A stretch of DNA of 64,000 bases, from contig JAZOSN010000032.1 of NCBI GenBank assembly GCA_045657105.1, positions 12,477 through 76,476 on the forward strand, given 5' to 3'. The stretch comes from Eubacteriales bacterium. GTDB taxonomy: Bacteria; Bacillota; Clostridia; Oscillospirales; CAG-272. Positions within the stretch are counted from its first letter, which is position 1. Each line of letters opens with the position of its first letter. Under the pieces are notes generated by a model. That model was not told the origin of the DNA. It did no database searches and was given only the letters and a program-made list of their open reading frames with translations. The translations under genes were made by a program, and so were the position numbers. Of the stretch, positions 8,965-18,401 are shown piece by piece.

Positions 8965-10239
8965 ATGGAATTTAACAGTATTATAAGAGATATAGTCGCC
9001 GAGGCAGAGGAAAAGCTCGCCGAAAAATTCGCCGAGTTTGATAGAATTTCCTTTGAGAACACCTCGCGCGTGCTCGATGCTTTCCGCCGTCACAGAGTAA
9101 GTGACGCCATGTTTGCAGGTACAACGGGATACGGCTATGACGATAAGGGAAGAGATACCCTCGATCTTATATATGCCGACGTTTTCGGCGCCGAGGCGGC
9201 ACTCGTTCGTCATAATATAGTCAACGGAACGCAGACTATCGCTATCGGTCTTTACGGACTTCTCCGTCCGGGTGACGTTATGCTTTCTGTCACGGGCAAG
9301 CCGTACGATACGCTCGAAAAGGTCATCGGAATAAATCCCGACGGAAGTATGAATAAAACGGGTGACGGTTCGCTCGCCGATTTCGGAGTAGAGTACGATC
9401 AGGTAGAGCTCCTTGACGACGGATCGATAGATTTTGACGGTATAAAGGAAAAGCTCGAAAAGTACGGAAAGAGAGTGAAGGTCGTTTTTATACAGCGCTC
9501 GAAGGGATATATGACAAGACCTACACTTTCGGTCTTAACTATCGGAGAAATCGTGAAATTTACAAAGGCTATTTCGGACGCTTACGTGGTCGTTGATAAC
9601 TGCTACGGAGAGTTCTGCGAGAATATCGAGCCCACCGCGGTCGGCGCCGATATGATCCTCGGCTCGCTTATAAAGAACGCAGGCGGCGGAACCGCACTCT
9701 CGGGTGGATATATTGCAGGCACGAAAAGAGCGGTTGAGCTTGCCTCGTACAGACAGACAACCGTCGGTACGGGAAGTGAGGTCGGAGCATCTCTGGGACA
9801 GAACAGAGATATGTTCAGAGGATTTTTCCTCGCTCCGCATACCGTTGCACAGGCACTCAAAACGGCATCTCTTGCGGCGTATGTGTTCGACAGACTCGGC
9901 TTTGTAACCGAGCCCTCCTGGAATGATAACAGATACGATATAATTCAGAGAATACAGTGCGCGAGCCCTGAGGCTCTCTGCGCATTTTGCCGCGGTATCC
10001 AGTTCGCATCTCCGGTAGATTCCTTTGCCGCTCCCGAGCCTTGGGATATGCCCGGATATACCGATCCTGTCATAATGGCGGCAGGTGCTTTCGTGCAGGG
10101 ATCTTCGATCGAGCTCTCGGCAGACGGTCCTATGAGAGAGCCCTTTACCGCGTATCTGCAAGGCGGTCTGACCTATGAGTCGGGCAAGATCGGAGTAATG
10201 TCGGCGGCGAGCGAGATTTTAAGACTTAAAAATAATTAA
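8965..10239 (+). CDS. aluminium-resistance / methionine gamma-lyase family protein (YnbB-like, PLP-dependent)
   Basis: 424 aa; the N-terminal pattern FENTSRVLDAFRRHRVSDAMFAGTTGYGYDDKGRDTLD is characteristic of this family. Confidence 0.75.
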   Translation: MEFNSIIRDIVAEAEEKLAEKFAEFDRISFENTSRVLDAFRRHRVSDAMFAGTTGYGYDDKGRDTLDLIYADVFGAEAALVRHNIVNGTQTIAIGLYGLLRPGDVMLSVTGKPYDTLEKVIGINPDGSMNKTGDGSLADFGVEYDQVELLDDGSIDFDGIKEKLEKYGKRVKVVFIQRSKGYMTRPTLSVLTIGEIVKFTKAISDAYVVVDNCYGEFCENIEPTAVGADMILGSLIKNAGGGTALSGGYIAGTKRAVELASYRQTTVGTGSEVGASLGQNRDMFRGFFLAPHTVAQALKTASLAAYVFDRLGFVTEPSWNDNRYDIIQRIQCASPEALCAFCRGIQFASPVDSFAAPEPWDMPGYTDPVIMAAGAFVQGSSIELSADGPMREPFTAYLQGGLTYESGKIGVMSAASEILRLKNN

Positions 10240-10802
10240 GCAAGACCGAAATATTCGAGAACTGCGGTATAAATTCCCTCTGCAAATAAGTTGGGGTGTT
10301 TATCCATAAGCTCTGCATCGCTCGGATTTGTGATAAATCCAAGCTCGACGAGAGTTGCGGGCATAGTCGTTTTTCTCAGAACGTAAAGGGAAGGGCGAAC
10401 GAAAACTCCGCGGTTGGGTATTCCGGTTTGCTCGGATATGTTTTCGACTATCCGCTCTGCAAGCGCGTATGCAGGAGTCGTCGTACTGTAAACGAAGGCT
10501 TCGGTGCCGGTTGCGGCGCTTATCGTGGACGCGTTGGCATGGATACTTATAAAATAGTCTGCGCCCCAGTTGTTCGCTTCGGAGGCGCGTATGGCAAGGC
10601 TTTCCGAGTTCGAATTTCCAAGGCTCGTTTCGGGTGTCGGACGCGAGAGCTTCACGTCAAAATTCTGATTTGCATTTAAAAGCTCGGCAAGCAGAATTCC
10701 TACCTCGTAGGTGATGTTCTGCTCGTAAAGTCCGTTTCCCTCTGCGCCCGCATTCGGATTTCTGGGGTTGTGCCCCTGGTCTATGAAGATCTTTATTGCC
10801 AT
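10236..10802 (-). CDS. N-acetylmuramoyl-L-alanine amidase (Amidase_3 family)
   Basis: MAIKIFIDQGHN... SIHANA ... ATLVELGFITN motifs. The start is placed at 10802 behind an AAGGAG RBS (the ORF opens at 10853). Confidence 0.85.
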   Translation of the reverse strand: MAIKIFIDQGHNPRNPNAGAEGNGLYEQNITYEVGILLAELLNANQNFDVKLSRPTPETSLGNSNSESLAIRASEANNWGADYFISIHANASTISAATGTEAFVYSTTTPAYALAERIVENISEQTGIPNRGVFVRPSLYVLRKTTMPATLVELGFITNPSDAELMDKHPNLFAEGIYTAVLEYFGLA

Positions 10803-10892
10803 AATATTTTCTCCTTTTTGATGTATTTGTCTTGTATATAATATGCAAGGCAACTGATTTAGTTAAATTTCAAAAACGAAGGACCTTATCAA

Positions 10893-11633
10893 ATGAAATT
10901 TGAAAATATCCGCCGACTGCTCAGCTTTGCGCGCAGGGCGGTCGATGATTACAATATGATAGAAGAGGGCGACAGGATCGCCGTCGGTGTTTCGGGCGGA
11001 AAGGATTCGCTCGCACTGCTCGCCGTTATGCGCGATCTTTCGATCTTTTATCCGAAGAAATTTGAGGTCTGCGCTATAACGCTCGATATGGGATTTACGG
11101 GCGGAAATTTTGACGCGCTCGAAGAGTTTTACAAAGAGCTCGGAGTAGAATACAAAATAGTAAAAACTCAGCTTGCAGAGATTATTTTCGACGTCCGTAA
11201 GGAATCAAATCCCTGCTCGCTATGCGCCCGTATGCGTCGCGGTATCCTTCACGATACTGCCAAGGAGATGGGTTGTAATAAGATTGCGCTCGGTCATCAT
11301 TTTGACGATGTGGTCGATACTTTTATTATGAATCTTTTCAACGAGGGCAGACTCGGCACCTTTTCTCCGGTCACTTTTCTTGACAGAAAACAAATAACCA
11401 TGATAAGACCGCTGGTGCTCGCTCCGGAAAAGGATATAAAATATTTTGCGAGAAAAAACGAACTGCCCGTGAGCGAAAGTCTTTGTCCTGAGGATAAGCA
11501 TACCGATAGGGAAAAGTATAAAATCATGCTCGCCGAGATGGAAAAGACAAACGACGGACTGCGCCACCGCATATTCGGGGCTATAAAAAAGGCGGGACTT
11601 GACGGATATTCGACCGAAGACAAGGAAAATTGA
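10893..11633 (+). CDS. PP-loop ATPase, TtcA-like tRNA 2-thiocytidine biosynthesis family
   Basis: PP-loop SGGKDS plus CSLCARMRRG and LALGHHFDD motifs. Confidence 0.8.
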   Translation: MKFENIRRLLSFARRAVDDYNMIEEGDRIAVGVSGGKDSLALLAVMRDLSIFYPKKFEVCAITLDMGFTGGNFDALEEFYKELGVEYKIVKTQLAEIIFDVRKESNPCSLCARMRRGILHDTAKEMGCNKIALGHHFDDVVDTFIMNLFNEGRLGTFSPVTFLDRKQITMIRPLVLAPEKDIKYFARKNELPVSESLCPEDKHTDREKYKIMLAEMEKTNDGLRHRIFGAIKKAGLDGYSTEDKEN

Positions 11634-11728
11634 ATAAAAATAAATAATTTGGCAAAAATCTATTGACATTTTGTTCACTTTTTGTTATAATTTAAACGTA
11701 GAATAAAACGTCAGGAGGGAAGCCGGAT

Positions 11729-11947
11729 TTGAAGATCATTAAGAGTAAAAAGCTTTGGGTGTCGCTGCTCGTGTTCGGAAGCGTATTTGCCGTTGCCGCG
11801 GTAGCGGTGTTCGTAATGAGCCTTTTCGGAATAAGAGTTTTTGCAACTGCAAGTGCAGAGCTGTTTTTGTGGGATCTTCTTTTCCTCGTGTCGGCACTCG
11901 TGCTCTCCTCTGTAATAATCATCGTTTCGATACATTTGAAGCCATAA
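11729..11947 (+). CDS. small hydrophobic membrane protein (hypothetical)
   Basis: TTG start behind an AGGAGGGA RBS; two predicted TM helices. Short and unconserved-looking, so tentative. Confidence 0.35.
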   Translation: MKIIKSKKLWVSLLVFGSVFAVAAVAVFVMSLFGIRVFATASAELFLWDLLFLVSALVLSSVIIIVSIHLKP

Positions 11948-12108
11948 AATATCGCCGTGCGGAAGGTAAAACGCTTGCCGCACGGTCGTTTTGTGTAAAT
12001 TTTCGATCCGAAACGCGTTGTTTGTAAGAAAATTCATTATGTGTTAACTGTAAGTTCACATAGGTAAAGTACACTAAATATATGCTAAATACGAGAGCGG
12101 AGTAGAAT

Positions 12109-12870
12109 ATGGCTATATCGGTATTTAAAAGATATGAGAAAAAGTTTATACTAAACGCCGAGCAGTACAGAGAAACCGTGGCGTTCGTTCAACAGTATAT
12201 GAACTTCGATAAATACTGTGTTGGCGAAAAGGATTATTCTCTGCTTAATCTCTATTTCGATACTCCCGATAATCTTCTTATCACCCGCTCAACAAGTAAG
12301 CCTACGTATAAGGAAAAGCTTCGTCTGAGAGCTTATTTCCCACCACAAACACATGACGATAAGGTCTTTTTCGAGATAAAAAAGAAATATAAAGGAATAG
12401 TTACGAAAAGACGCGCGGTAATGAGATACGGCGAGGCGCTTGAACTTATTGACACCGGAAAAGCTCCGAAGCTTAAAAAAGAGAGCTACATAGATACTCA
12501 GGTAGCAAAAGAGATAGAATATATGTTCAAAAGATACCCCGGACTCGCTCCTGCGGTATATATCGCCTACGACAGAGTTGCGATGTTTGCAAAGGATAAT
12601 CCGGAGTTCAGACTCACCTTTGACAGAAATATCCGCACGAGAAGGGAAAACGTCAGCTTCGACTACGGCGACTACGGAACTCAGCTCCTTCCCGATGGCT
12701 ATAATCTTATGGAAATAAAGATCTCGGACGCCGTTCCGCTCTGGCTCACGTCCTATCTTTCGGAAAAAGGTCTTTATATGACAGGATTTTCAAAATACGG
12801 GAAAGAATACGAAAAAATGATCACCGGAATAGATCCGGCAGAGGTCCTTCTTGCTTCTGATGATCTTTGA
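12109..12870 (+). CDS. VTC-domain (polyphosphate polymerase-like, CYTH-type tunnel) protein
   Basis: 253 aa with N-terminal FKRYEKKF and a LRLRAY...FFEIKKK...KRR pattern typical of bacterial VTC-domain proteins; paired with a DUF4956-like gene. Confidence 0.7.
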   Translation: MAISVFKRYEKKFILNAEQYRETVAFVQQYMNFDKYCVGEKDYSLLNLYFDTPDNLLITRSTSKPTYKEKLRLRAYFPPQTHDDKVFFEIKKKYKGIVTKRRAVMRYGEALELIDTGKAPKLKKESYIDTQVAKEIEYMFKRYPGLAPAVYIAYDRVAMFAKDNPEFRLTFDRNIRTRRENVSFDYGDYGTQLLPDGYNLMEIKISDAVPLWLTSYLSEKGLYMTGFSKYGKEYEKMITGIDPAEVLLASDDL

Positions 12871-12894
12871 TCTCTTTGAGAAAGGAAAAAATAA

Positions 12895-13593
12895 ATGGAT
12901 AAAATACTTAATTTCGTGATACCGAGTATTCTCGGAAATCAGTTTACCGTAAGAGCAATACTTTCCGTGCTCGGCTCAGCACTCGTTTTCGGAGTGATAC
13001 TGTCGCTTGTTTACATATTCTCTTCGGGAAAGGACCGTTATTCGAGAGGACTTTCGATAACTCTCGTGCTCCTTCCGGTTATTATAGGAACGGTAATTAT
13101 GCTCGTTTCCGATAGCTTTGCAAGAGCGTTCGGACTTGCGGGTGCATTCTCGATAATCCGTTTCAGAAGCACACAGGGCAACCCCAAGGATCTCGCGTAT
13201 ATCTTCGCAGGTCTTGCAGTCGGTCTTGCCTGCGGAATGGGATATATCCTTGCAGGCGCGATAATTACCGCATTTATCTGCATAATACTTATCGTGCTCA
13301 GCTTTATCGGATACGGAACGCCTAAGACTCCCCCGATGCTTCTCAAAATAACCGTTCCCGAAAGCCTTAACTACGTTGGCATTTTTGACGAGTGCCTTGG
13401 AAAATACACAAAGAGCTGGAAGCTCGTAAGAGTCAAGAGCAATAATTTCGGAACGATGTTCGATCTTTCGTATGACGTGCGCCTTAAAAGCGGCATAAAC
13501 GAAAAGGAGTTCATTGACGAGCTCCGTTGCATAAACGGAAATCTCAATATTATGCTCCAAAACAACGCGGCAGATCCCGATATTCTTGTCTGA
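12895..13593 (+). CDS. DUF4956-like membrane protein
   Basis: Four TM helices with IIRFRS/NPKDLAYIF motifs; the usual partner of bacterial VTC-domain genes. Confidence 0.65.
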   Translation: MDKILNFVIPSILGNQFTVRAILSVLGSALVFGVILSLVYIFSSGKDRYSRGLSITLVLLPVIIGTVIMLVSDSFARAFGLAGAFSIIRFRSTQGNPKDLAYIFAGLAVGLACGMGYILAGAIITAFICIILIVLSFIGYGTPKTPPMLLKITVPESLNYVGIFDECLGKYTKSWKLVRVKSNNFGTMFDLSYDVRLKSGINEKEFIDELRCINGNLNIMLQNNAADPDILV

Positions 13594-13600
13594 TAATAAA

Positions 13601-13625
13601 CGGTCCTTTCAAAGGACCGTTTTTC
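13601..13625 (+). terminator. intrinsic terminator
   Basis: CGGTCCT-TTCAA-AGGACCG hairpin followed by T5. Confidence 0.8.
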
Positions 13626-13720
13626 ATTTGCCTTAAAGCATTGACATTTTGCTTTTGGTGGTGTATAATAACTACCGTGTGCTCGCACTAAAATAAAAAT
13701 CGCAGGATAAGGAGAAAATT

Positions 13721-14191
13721 ATGGTAGTTCTTGAAATAAAGGATCTTGGAAAGATCAAGATCGAGCTTGATGCCGAAAACGCGCCGATAAGCTCAGCAAA
13801 TTTCGAAAATCTCGCTCGTGAGGGATTTTACGACGGAATCATTTTCCACAGAGTCATAGCTAATTTTATGATTCAGGGCGGAGATCCGCAGGGTATCGGT
13901 ATCGGCGGAAGCGGAAAGAATATTAAGGGTGAATTTGCCGCAAACGGAGTAAATAACCCCATAAAGCATAAGAGAGGAACGATCTCGATGGCGCGTTCGC
14001 AGAACTTCAACAGCGCGTCCTCGCAGTTCTTTATCTGTCACGTTGACTGTCCCTTCCTTGACGGACAGTACGCCGCTTTCGGACAGGTAGTTGAGGGTAT
14101 CGAGGTGGTCGATCAGATCGCATCGGTCAAGACAGACCTCAGAGATAAGCCGCTTTACGACGTGGTTATCGAAAAAGCATACGTAGAATAA
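13721..14191 (+). CDS. ppiB: peptidylprolyl isomerase, cyclophilin type
   Basis: FHRVIANFMIQGGDP and SMARS...SASSQFFI motifs. Confidence 0.9.
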   Translation: MVVLEIKDLGKIKIELDAENAPISSANFENLAREGFYDGIIFHRVIANFMIQGGDPQGIGIGGSGKNIKGEFAANGVNNPIKHKRGTISMARSQNFNSASSQFFICHVDCPFLDGQYAAFGQVVEGIEVVDQIASVKTDLRDKPLYDVVIEKAYVE

Positions 14192-14199
14192 GAGAGAAA

Positions 14200-14227
14200 C
14201 GCAGATCTTGAAGGTCTGCGTTTTTTG
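14200..14227 (+). terminator. intrinsic terminator
   Basis: CGCAGATC-TTGAA-GGTCTGCG hairpin followed by T6. Confidence 0.8.
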
Positions 14228-14339
14228 TTTGAAAAAACAAGATAAAGGAGTAATTGAGCCGTAATGTCCCTCATATACTGTAACATCGGAATTCCGAAAG
14301 GTCAGGTAAGCGGAGCCGAAAAATATCGGAGGGAAGACA

Positions 14340-14633
14340 ATGCGAAGGGTTTATTCGGATAGATCGGAAGAAAGATGCGAGCAGATCGCGCTTTATATGC
14401 TTGAAAATAACGCCACCGTGAGAAAGGCTGCCGCGCAGTTCGGTATAAGTAAATCGACGGTACATAAGGACGTTACGGGAGTGCTCAAAAAATATAATTA
14501 CCGCCTTTATTTAAAGGTTAAGGAGCTACTTGACGTCAATAAAAGCGAGCGTCATATGCGCGGCGGAGAGGCAACGCGTAAAAAGTACAGTGATATAAAA
14601 CAAAATTCAAAGAACAGAAAAACTCTGCCGTGA
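14340..14633 (+). CDS. spoIIID: sporulation transcriptional regulator SpoIIID
   Basis: ATVRKAAAQFGISKSTVHKDV HTH and C-terminal ERHMRGGEATRKKY match SpoIIID. Confidence 0.85.
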   Translation: MRRVYSDRSEERCEQIALYMLENNATVRKAAAQFGISKSTVHKDVTGVLKKYNYRLYLKVKELLDVNKSERHMRGGEATRKKYSDIKQNSKNRKTLP

Positions 14634-14646
14634 AGCAGAGTTTTTG
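14617..14646. terminator. bidirectional terminator between spoIIID and cysK
   Basis: CTCTGC-CGTGAA-GCAGAG hairpin flanked by an A-run and a T-run, between convergent genes. Confidence 0.7.
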
Positions 14647-14649
14647 TGT

Positions 14650-15576
14650 TTATTTAAACATTTCGCTCGAAAGGTATCTGTCGCCTGTGTCAGGCAGAAG
14701 AACGACGATGGTTTTACCTTCGTTTTCAGGACGCTTTGCAAGCTCTATTGCCGCCGAAAGTGCCGCTCCCGAGGAAATTCCTACGAGAATTCCTTCGCAT
14801 CTTCCGACCTCGCGTCCGAGCACGAGCGCATCGGCGTCCGATACCGTCACGACCTCGTCGTAGATGCCGCGGTCAAGCACGCTTGGAACAAAATTTGCTC
14901 CGATTCCCTGTATAGCGTGAGCACCGGCAACGCCGCCCGAAAGAAGCGGAGAAGCGCTCGGTTCTACCGCAACTACGCGGATTTTTTCATTTTTAGATTT
15001 TAAATATCTTCCGACTCCCGTGATCGTTCCGCCCGTTCCGACGCCTGCTACGAAAAGGTCAATTTCGCCGTCAGTATCCTCCCATATTTCGGGTCCTGTC
15101 GTTTCCTCGTGAGCCTTGGCATTTGCAGGATTGTCAAACTGACTCGGGATAAAGCTGTTCGGTATTTCCTTTGCAAGCTCCTCGGCTTTTGCTATCGAGC
15201 CCTTCATTCCGAGAGAAGCATCGGTAAGGACGAGCTCTGCGCCGTAAGCCTTGATTATCGCTCTGCGCTCCTCGGACATAGAGTCGGGCATAACTATAAC
15301 CGTGCGGTATCCGCGAGATGCTCCGACCGAGGCAAGACCGATTCCGGTGTTTCCCGAGGTCGGCTCGATTATTACCGCGCCTTGTGAAATAAGACCGCGC
15401 GCCTCGGCATCGTCGAGCATAGCTCTGGCGACTCTGTCCTTTGCGCTTCCCGCAGGATTAAGATATTCAAGCTTTGCAATTATTTTCGCTTTGAGCGAGT
15501 ATTTTTTTTCAATGCCGTTCAGTCGGAGAAGGGGAGTCCTTCCGATAAGCTGCTCGGCGGAATTATATATTTTCAA
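14650..15576 (-). CDS. cysK: cysteine synthase A (O-acetylserine sulfhydrylase)
   Basis: 308 aa with LNPAGSAKDR (PLP lysine) and GTGGTITG motifs; TTG start. Confidence 0.92.
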   Translation of the reverse strand: MKIYNSAEQLIGRTPLLRLNGIEKKYSLKAKIIAKLEYLNPAGSAKDRVARAMLDDAEARGLISQGAVIIEPTSGNTGIGLASVGASRGYRTVIVMPDSMSEERRAIIKAYGAELVLTDASLGMKGSIAKAEELAKEIPNSFIPSQFDNPANAKAHEETTGPEIWEDTDGEIDLFVAGVGTGGTITGVGRYLKSKNEKIRVVAVEPSASPLLSGGVAGAHAIQGIGANFVPSVLDRGIYDEVVTVSDADALVLGREVGRCEGILVGISSGAALSAAIELAKRPENEGKTIVVLLPDTGDRYLSSEMFK

Positions 15577-15581
15577 GAGAT

Positions 15582-17036
15582 CTACCGCCCTTCACTTGTG
15601 ATTTCTTGGAGTGATTTTTCAGATAAGGTGCTCGCTTCGGCAAGCCTTGCTTTATGCTTTTTAAGCTGAGATGAGTATATGGCAAAGAACAGAGATGCGA
15701 GAGCCACGACCGAAAGAGCCCAGGAAACGGGGTACATTATGTATATCATAGGTATCGTTCTGTACCTGTCGAATACAGTTGAAAGCCAAAGAATTCGGAA
15801 TCCGCAGACGGTCGTGAGAGATATGAGCGTAGGTGACAAAGAAACACCAAGACCTCTGAGAGATCCGTTTATAACGTCCATCGTTCCGCAAAGGAAATGA
15901 GAAAGGCTGAGTATTGTCATACGCATAGCTCCGAGCATGATAGATGCTTGCGAGTCCTTTATATATATACCGAGAAGCTGCTCTTTGAATATATATGTAA
16001 TAAGACCTAAAACGATCTCAAAGCCAAGCGAGTAAACAAGACAAACGCCGAGAGCTTTCAGTATGCGATCGTATTTTCCTGCGCCTCTGTTTTGTCCTAT
16101 AAAGGTTATTGCCGCCTGATGGAAGGCGTTCGACGTTGTGTATATAAATCCCTCTATGTTGCTCGCTGCGGCGTTTCCGTTAATGACCGTTCCGCCGAAA
16201 ATGTTTATAGATGACTGTGCAACGACATTCGATAGAGAGAAAAGAGTTCCCGAAATACCGGCAGGGAGTCCGACTGCGATTATTGATTTGGTGCATTCTG
16301 AGTCAAATCTTATTTTTCTGAGACAAAGCCTTTGCGGACCTTCAGATCTCGACAGATGAATGAGTATCCATACCATGGCGATATACTGAGATATTACCGT
16401 CGCCGTCGCAACACCGTCAACAGACATATTAAAAAAGCAAACGAAGATAAAATTGAAAATGACGTTTATGACACCGGCACTTGACAGTATCAGAAGGGGA
16501 GTTTTGGAATCTCCGAGCGCGCGAAGTGCGGCAGAGCCGAAGTTGTAGATTATAGTTGCCGGCATCGCGATAAAATATATGCTCATATAAAGCGTCGAGC
16601 CGTCAAGGTGACTCTCGGGAGTTCCCATTAGTACGAGAAGTTGTCTTGATAAGCTGAGTCCGACGATGAAGCATAAAATTCCGGCAACTATGGCTACTGC
16701 AATCGACGTATGTATGTATTTTGATATTTTTTCACTGTTTTTTGCGCCGTATTCCTTCGATACACCGACGCTTACGCCGACCGAAAAACCGATGAAAAGG
16801 TTGACCAGAAGGTTGATAAGCGCTCCGGTTGCACCGACCTGTCCGACTGCGGCGCTTCCGACAAAACGTCCGACGATTATCATATCGGCGGCGTTGAAGG
16901 CGAGCTGCAAAAGACCTGTGAGCATAACCGGAATCGCAAATGCGAGAATAGTTTTGAACAGGTTTCCGTTTAGCGGATCTATAAGCCTTCCACGCTTTTT
17001 ACTTTCAATACTTACTGTGTTTGGAATTTTAACCAC
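15582..17036 (-). CDS. MATE-family efflux transporter
   Basis: 484 aa with 12 TM helices and MATE-like N-terminal IPVMLTGLLQLAFNAADMIIVGRF; GTG start. Confidence 0.85.
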   Translation of the reverse strand: MVKIPNTVSIESKKRGRLIDPLNGNLFKTILAFAIPVMLTGLLQLAFNAADMIIVGRFVGSAAVGQVGATGALINLLVNLFIGFSVGVSVGVSKEYGAKNSEKISKYIHTSIAVAIVAGILCFIVGLSLSRQLLVLMGTPESHLDGSTLYMSIYFIAMPATIIYNFGSAALRALGDSKTPLLILSSAGVINVIFNFIFVCFFNMSVDGVATATVISQYIAMVWILIHLSRSEGPQRLCLRKIRFDSECTKSIIAVGLPAGISGTLFSLSNVVAQSSINIFGGTVINGNAAASNIEGFIYTTSNAFHQAAITFIGQNRGAGKYDRILKALGVCLVYSLGFEIVLGLITYIFKEQLLGIYIKDSQASIMLGAMRMTILSLSHFLCGTMDVINGSLRGLGVSLSPTLISLTTVCGFRILWLSTVFDRYRTIPMIYIMYPVSWALSVVALASLFFAIYSSQLKKHKARLAEASTLSEKSLQEITSEGR

Positions 17037-17164
17037 CAGCTTTCTTTTACTATTTTAGAGTCTATCACTTATTCTTTAAAAAGTCAATAGAAAGAAAAAA
17101 TAATTTACTTGTAAAAGGGATAAATATATGGTATAATATCTTAAAGCCGCATGCGGAGGAAAAT

Positions 17165-17803
17165 ATGAAAACGAAGCTTACAAAAATATATAAGGCACCG
17201 CGTCCGAAAAGAGGACAGGCGGCACTGCCTCGGATCGTGGCGAGAGCTGACGAGCAGTTCGGACGAAAGAATTACGCCGAATATTCGGTAAGAAAAAAGA
17301 TAGAGGGAAGCTATGCGCTGAGCCGCGTGCTTATGATATTTTTTTATATCGTTGCAACGCTTGCATATATCATTTTTTGCTCGGCAGTTAAGATCTTTCT
17401 TTGGTTTCTCGTTGTTCTTCCCGTGTTCGTTATGCTGATCGTCTATCTGACCTGGTGGAGAGTTTCGATAGATTATAAATATACGGTAGATCAAGCCGTT
17501 TTTTGTGTGAAGGCGGTGTATGGCGACAGATACGAGCGTGTCCTTTTTGAAGAAAAAATACGCGAAATCTCGCTTATTGCTCCGTATAAGGACGCCTATG
17601 TATCACAAGTCAATGACTTTATTAAAGACGCCGAAGCGGCGTATGCGATCTCCTCAAAAAAAGCGGACGATATTTATTTTGCCTGCCATACCGACGCGTA
17701 CGGTAAAAAGAAAGCGGTCTTTTTTGAAATGACCTCTCAGGCGCTTGCGGCACTTAAATATTATAACTCAAATGCCACCGTTGCTTCGGATCCAAGAAGA
17801 TAA
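17165..17803 (+). CDS. hypothetical membrane protein
   Basis: GGAGGA RBS and a consensus-like promoter (TTGTAA-17-TATAAT) upstream; two central TM helices; no recognisable family. Confidence 0.5.
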   Translation: MKTKLTKIYKAPRPKRGQAALPRIVARADEQFGRKNYAEYSVRKKIEGSYALSRVLMIFFYIVATLAYIIFCSAVKIFLWFLVVLPVFVMLIVYLTWWRVSIDYKYTVDQAVFCVKAVYGDRYERVLFEEKIREISLIAPYKDAYVSQVNDFIKDAEAAYAISSKKADDIYFACHTDAYGKKKAVFFEMTSQALAALKYYNSNATVASDPRR

Positions 17804-17940
17804 ATTCAACTAAAATTCTCATAATTTTCCATACATAAAACAAATCGCCTCGCTCATAATAATACCAGAGCGGAAAGCAAACCCGCTCGAGTAAAAAATC
17901 AAAGAACGCTTGATGCGTTCTGAGCAAGGAGATTTGTAAA

Positions 17941-18207
17941 ATGGCAGGAAGCAACAAGAACCTCATTCCTGAGGCAAAGGAAGGTCTTAACAAGTTTAAG
18001 ATGGAAGCAGCAGGAGAAGTTGGTGTAAACCTCAAGCAGGGTTACAACGGCGACCTCACCAGCCGTCAGGCAGGTTCCATCGGTGGACAGATGGTTAAGA
18101 ACATCCCTACCATACGAACTATGAAACAGGTCTCTTTCGAGAGAACGAACCGTATCGTAGACGGTCATAAAACCACCGTTCGTTACATAGCGGAGCTGAC
18201 AATTTAA
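17941..18207 (+). CDS. alpha/beta-type small acid-soluble spore protein with an atypical C-terminal tail
   Basis: LIPEAKEGLNKFKMEAAGEVGV and GDLTSRQAGSIGGQMVK are the two conserved SASP blocks; AAGGAG RBS. Confidence 0.8.
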   Translation: MAGSNKNLIPEAKEGLNKFKMEAAGEVGVNLKQGYNGDLTSRQAGSIGGQMVKNIPTIRTMKQVSFERTNRIVDGHKTTVRYIAELTI

Positions 18208-18214
18208 TAATGAG

Positions 18215-18256
18215 CCCTCTTGGACAGCGTTATTGCCATCCAAGAGGGTTGTTTTT
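18215..18256 (+). terminator. intrinsic terminator after the SASP gene
   Basis: 10-bp stem CCCTCTTGGA/TCCAAGAGGG followed by TTGTTTTT. Confidence 0.85.
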
Positions 18257-18278
18257 GTGCACCTCTGCGTTTGTGTGT

Positions 18279-18374
18279 AAAAATGTGTTATTAAGTCGAT
18301 TTTTAATTTGCAAAAATGTGCAAACTTGAAAAAATGTGCAAAATACCTGTTGTAAAACTTGAAAAAGTGTGATA
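18279..18374 (+). repeat. four direct copies of AAAAA(T/G)GTG(C/T/A) in the ATPase promoter region
   Basis: AAAAATGTGTTAT at 18279, AAAAATGTGCAAA at 18312 and 18330, and AAAAAGTGTGATA at 18362. The last overlaps the extended -10 TGTGATATAAT. Confidence 0.6.
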
Positions 18375-18401
18375 TAATATATCCGTACACATATTTGTGA
18401 G

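Noticed and set aside
11755-12037. Overlapping small ORFs (11692-11922 minus, 11711-12037 minus, 11755-12027 plus) around the 11729 membrane peptide gene.
   Set aside because: They mutually overlap, lack an RBS and have biased composition. Only the TTG-started hydrophobic ORF with an AGGAGG RBS is retained, and only at low confidence.
18100-18207. The idea that the island integrated inside the SASP gene (as with skin/SPbeta-like elements), creating the odd C-terminus.
   Set aside because: No SASP 3' fragment is encoded in any frame at the other island end (35142-35340), and the gene has its own strong terminator. It is kept only as a low-interest observation.
18279-18291. The 13-mer AAAAATGTGTTAT is shared between 18279-18291 and 35284-35296 and could be attL/attR cores of the island.
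   Set aside because: Both copies are part of A-rich extended -10 promoter sequences (TGTGnTATAAT type), which recur at many promoters in this window. The match is too short and explained by promoter consensus.
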